From: Promethearchaeota archaeon
GTDB taxonomy: Archaea > Asgardarchaeota > Lokiarchaeia > Sigyniarchaeales > SOKP01
DNA: 39,263 nt
Assembly (NCBI GenBank): GCA_004524365.1
Contig: SDNL01000003.1
Span: 1 to 39,263, forward strand
Reading direction: 5' to 3'
The position numbers were made by a program, and so were the translations under genes. Position 1 is the stretch's first letter, and each line of letters begins with the position of its first letter. The notes under the pieces were generated by a model. That model searched no databases. It had not been told where the DNA came from and saw nothing but the letters and a program-made list of their open reading frames with translations. Positions 37,048-39,263 of this stretch are shown in pieces.

Positions 37048-37977
37048 TTACAGATTTTTTTTGATGTCCTTAACCCGACTACGAAGTGTAACTTCCGTAA
37101 TTCCTGCGATATCGCTTACTTCTTTTTGTGTTTTTCTATCATCGGTGCTTTTTGCCGCCATGTATAATACACTTGCAGCGAAGCCCTTGGGATCTTTTCC
37201 TACTCGATTTAAACCGCCTTTCGTAGAATTCTTGAGCAACTTATATGCTTCTTTCTGGGTATTTAGTGGTAAATTTAAGTCGTTTCCAAATCGGAAAATT
37301 AATTGTTCTGAAGTGATTGGACGATACTTTAAATTCAAGTCAGGTAAGATCTGTTTGATTATCATACCAAGTGATCGAATAATTGTATGTCTAGAGGTCA
37401 TTGCTGCATCGGATACTTCTTCTAGGAGGCGTGGAAATTCATGAATTCTGATCGCTGCATAGAGCGAAGCCCCAATAAATCCGTCAATTGATCGTCCCAT
37501 TGTTAACTTGCGCTTGGCAACCTCTGTGTAGATTCTCCAAGCAGTTTCCTCAATATATTCGGGAATATTTAACTTAGAGACTAGCATTTTCAATTTTGGT
37601 TTTGCTTCCCAGAAATTCCTCTCGATACTTGAAACGAGTGATTGCTGAATCTTTGATAATCTTGAAAATAATGTTTTATCCTTTACATTTAATTTATTTC
37701 CCTTAGAATCTACAGATTCGTTAGGAAGGATCGTGCGAGGTCCAAAACCGCGCCACCTTGGTTCAGTTTGCCGTCTTTTCTCGACTTCCTGAGCGGTATA
37801 AGCCCTTCTTTCGTTTTTTACAATATTCTTTCCGAAAACCATACCGCAGTTAATACATACGAAGTTGCTATCCCTTGGCTCAATGCAAGGATTCTCGCAA
37901 CATTTGGTTTCCCCATATTCGGCATCAATTTGATTTTTCCTCTGCTTTCTTAGCCGATCTTTATAATTATTAGCCAT
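37048..37977 (-). CDS. tfb: Transcription initiation factor IIB (TFB paralog)
   Basis: Zn ribbon ..VCINCGMV, B-reader-like ERRAY, cyclin repeats with GRSIDGFIGASLYAAIR, GKDPKGFAASVLY and TQKEVSDIAGITEVTLRSR. Confidence 0.95.
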   Translation of the reverse strand: MANNYKDRLRKQRKNQIDAEYGETKCCENPCIEPRDSNFVCINCGMVFGKNIVKNERRAYTAQEVEKRRQTEPRWRGFGPRTILPNESVDSKGNKLNVKDKTLFSRLSKIQQSLVSSIERNFWEAKPKLKMLVSKLNIPEYIEETAWRIYTEVAKRKLTMGRSIDGFIGASLYAAIRIHEFPRLLEEVSDAAMTSRHTIIRSLGMIIKQILPDLNLKYRPITSEQLIFRFGNDLNLPLNTQKEAYKLLKNSTKGGLNRVGKDPKGFAASVLYMAAKSTDDRKTQKEVSDIAGITEVTLRSRVKDIKKNL

Positions 37978-38009
37978 AATACTTCACATTTCTTTTTGCT
38001 TTTTAAATA

Positions 38010-38026
38010 TATATATAAATACTTCT
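38010..38026 (-). promoter_or_regulatory. Putative BRE-TATA promoter of tfb
   Basis: Minus strand AGAAGTATTTATATAT about 35 nt upstream of ATG37977; GTGA SD-like element at 37984-37987. Confidence 0.5.
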
Positions 38027-38328
38027 GATAATTTCAAGAGTAAAGAAAAGTGAAACCTAAACAGTTTCTTTTCCGGTATCTCTAAAAACTATCTTTTTTA
38101 GTGTTTTGATAAGAATTATCAAAATAACTAGATTATGTTTAAAATATCAAATCTCCCTTTTAAGTCTTTCGGTTTTAAATTTAAATGCGGGGGAGGGATT
38201 TCCCACAAAAAGATGGATTTCTAAGAACATAGAATATAGATTATTATGATTTATAACCTATGGCTTTATAAAGAATTATTATTCATAATCTTTTAAGGAT
38301 TTAAATAGCTTTTTCGTTAATACTTTTA

Positions 38329-39263
38329 TTATTTTTTTCTTTTTTTGGTATAAAAATAGGTAAATGCTAAGACCACGAATAAGACAACTCCAATAAAAGA
38401 TATAACAAAAATTAGTGAAAAAAAGTCCTCTAAAATAGGAGAATTATTAGAGATATCTTTAAAAGGGGCATTTGGGCCTTTTGTTAAAGCGTTAATCAAA
38501 ATATAGTCATCATTTCCTGGTTCTCCCAATTCAAATATTGAAAATCCACTAATATTATGTGCCCGTCCATATTTTATTTTTTCCGCAATTTCATTAGCTA
38601 CATCGGAGGGTGAGATTTCGGGATCTTCCCATACTCTGGAATAATATCCCAATCCCATAAACACATTACTAATGTTTGAACGTAACCAATTATTCCAGAT
38701 ATCAACCTCTCCCTTCCACCAATTAGTATTATAACAATATTCCATAGAAACTGTAAAGTCTGTGATGTTTTTAATAATCCACTCCTTTGGATCTTGTTGT
38801 ACCCGAAAAGGAGTGGGTATACCTGAAAAATTATATCCCGAGCGATTCCAGCGGTTAATCGCATTATTTTCTGGATTATCTGTCCACACATCAAACCAAG
38901 AAGGTACTTCATCTTGAGATTCTCTGATTTCTCCAGATAAGGGAAAAGAGGCAGTACTGAGAGTTTTATCAGGAAAATGTATTCTTATGGCATTCTTTGT
39001 AAGTGAAATAGTTTTTTGAATAGCATTCATTTTTGTATAGTTAACCAATGAGAGATTTTCATATCGAATATAATCAAAATGAATGCCATCCAATTGTTTG
39101 TATTCATTAAGGAGTGCTAAGGTCCAGTCCTTCTGGGCTTCACGTTCTGATGCGTTTGTAAAGTCTGCTATTTTTCCCTTGATTCGATATAAATTACAAA
39201 TCCAAGCATGTACATAATAATTTTTTTCTTTTAAAAGCATGAGAGTAGCGTTAAAATCAGCAA
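38329..39263 (-). CDS. Membrane-anchored putative glycoside hydrolase (GHL10/DUF187-like TIM barrel), 5'-truncated by the window edge
   Basis: YVHAWI, LDGIHFDYIRY, QDPKEW and GFSIF motifs; C-terminal TM plus KKRKK. The frame stays open to the window end. Confidence 0.75.
   Translation of the reverse strand, partial: ADFNATLMLLKEKNYYVHAWICNLYRIKGKIADFTNASEREAQKDWTLALLNEYKQLDGIHFDYIRYENLSLVNYTKMNAIQKTISLTKNAIRIHFPDKTLSTASFPLSGEIRESQDEVPSWFDVWTDNPENNAINRWNRSGYNFSGIPTPFRVQQDPKEWIIKNITDFTVSMEYCYNTNWWKGEVDIWNNWLRSNISNVFMGLGYYSRVWEDPEISPSDVANEIAEKIKYGRAHNISGFSIFELGEPGNDDYILINALTKGPNAPFKDISNNSPILEDFFSLIFVISFIGVVLFVVLAFTYFYTKKRKK

Noticed and set aside
2040-38912. Many short ORFs in the track lying antisense or out of frame inside longer genes (e.g. 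2040, 4708, 8523, 12038, 21307, 26588, 34983, 37061, 38598)
   Set aside because: They are shadows of well-supported CDSs and show no motifs of their own.
1-39263. CRISPR arrays, rRNA, complete tRNAs, transposases or integrases
   Set aside because: I saw no regularly spaced repeats, no long GC-rich structured stretch and no recombinase motifs.

Overview
AT-rich, gene-dense archaeal chromosomal window. The gene content strongly suggests an Asgard archaeon, most likely Lokiarchaeia/Promethearchaeota; this is inferred from gene content, not a database result. The window holds about 35 CDSs. Housekeeping genes include rps10/uS10, glyS, TFB, RecJ/GAN, a beta-CASP RNase and an MPG glycosylase. H4MPT C1 (Wood-Ljungdahl methyl branch) enzymes are ftr, mtd and mch. 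Purine/MTA salvage is represented by apt and two convergent MTA phosphorylases. Several proteins look eukaryote-like: a Rag-type small GTPase with a C-terminal roadblock-like domain, a presenilin-type GxGD protease, a Bud23/WBSCR22-like methyltransferase and a human-MTAP-like phosphorylase. The least explained parts are a co-oriented 7TM / long coiled-coil / two apparently permuted GNAT cluster, a tandem-duplicated PHI/SIS protein, a translationally coupled pair of surface glycoproteins, and two GC-rich intergenic relics. I saw no rRNA, complete tRNA, CRISPR array or transposase. Comparisons with named eukaryotic proteins are from memory and need alignment.
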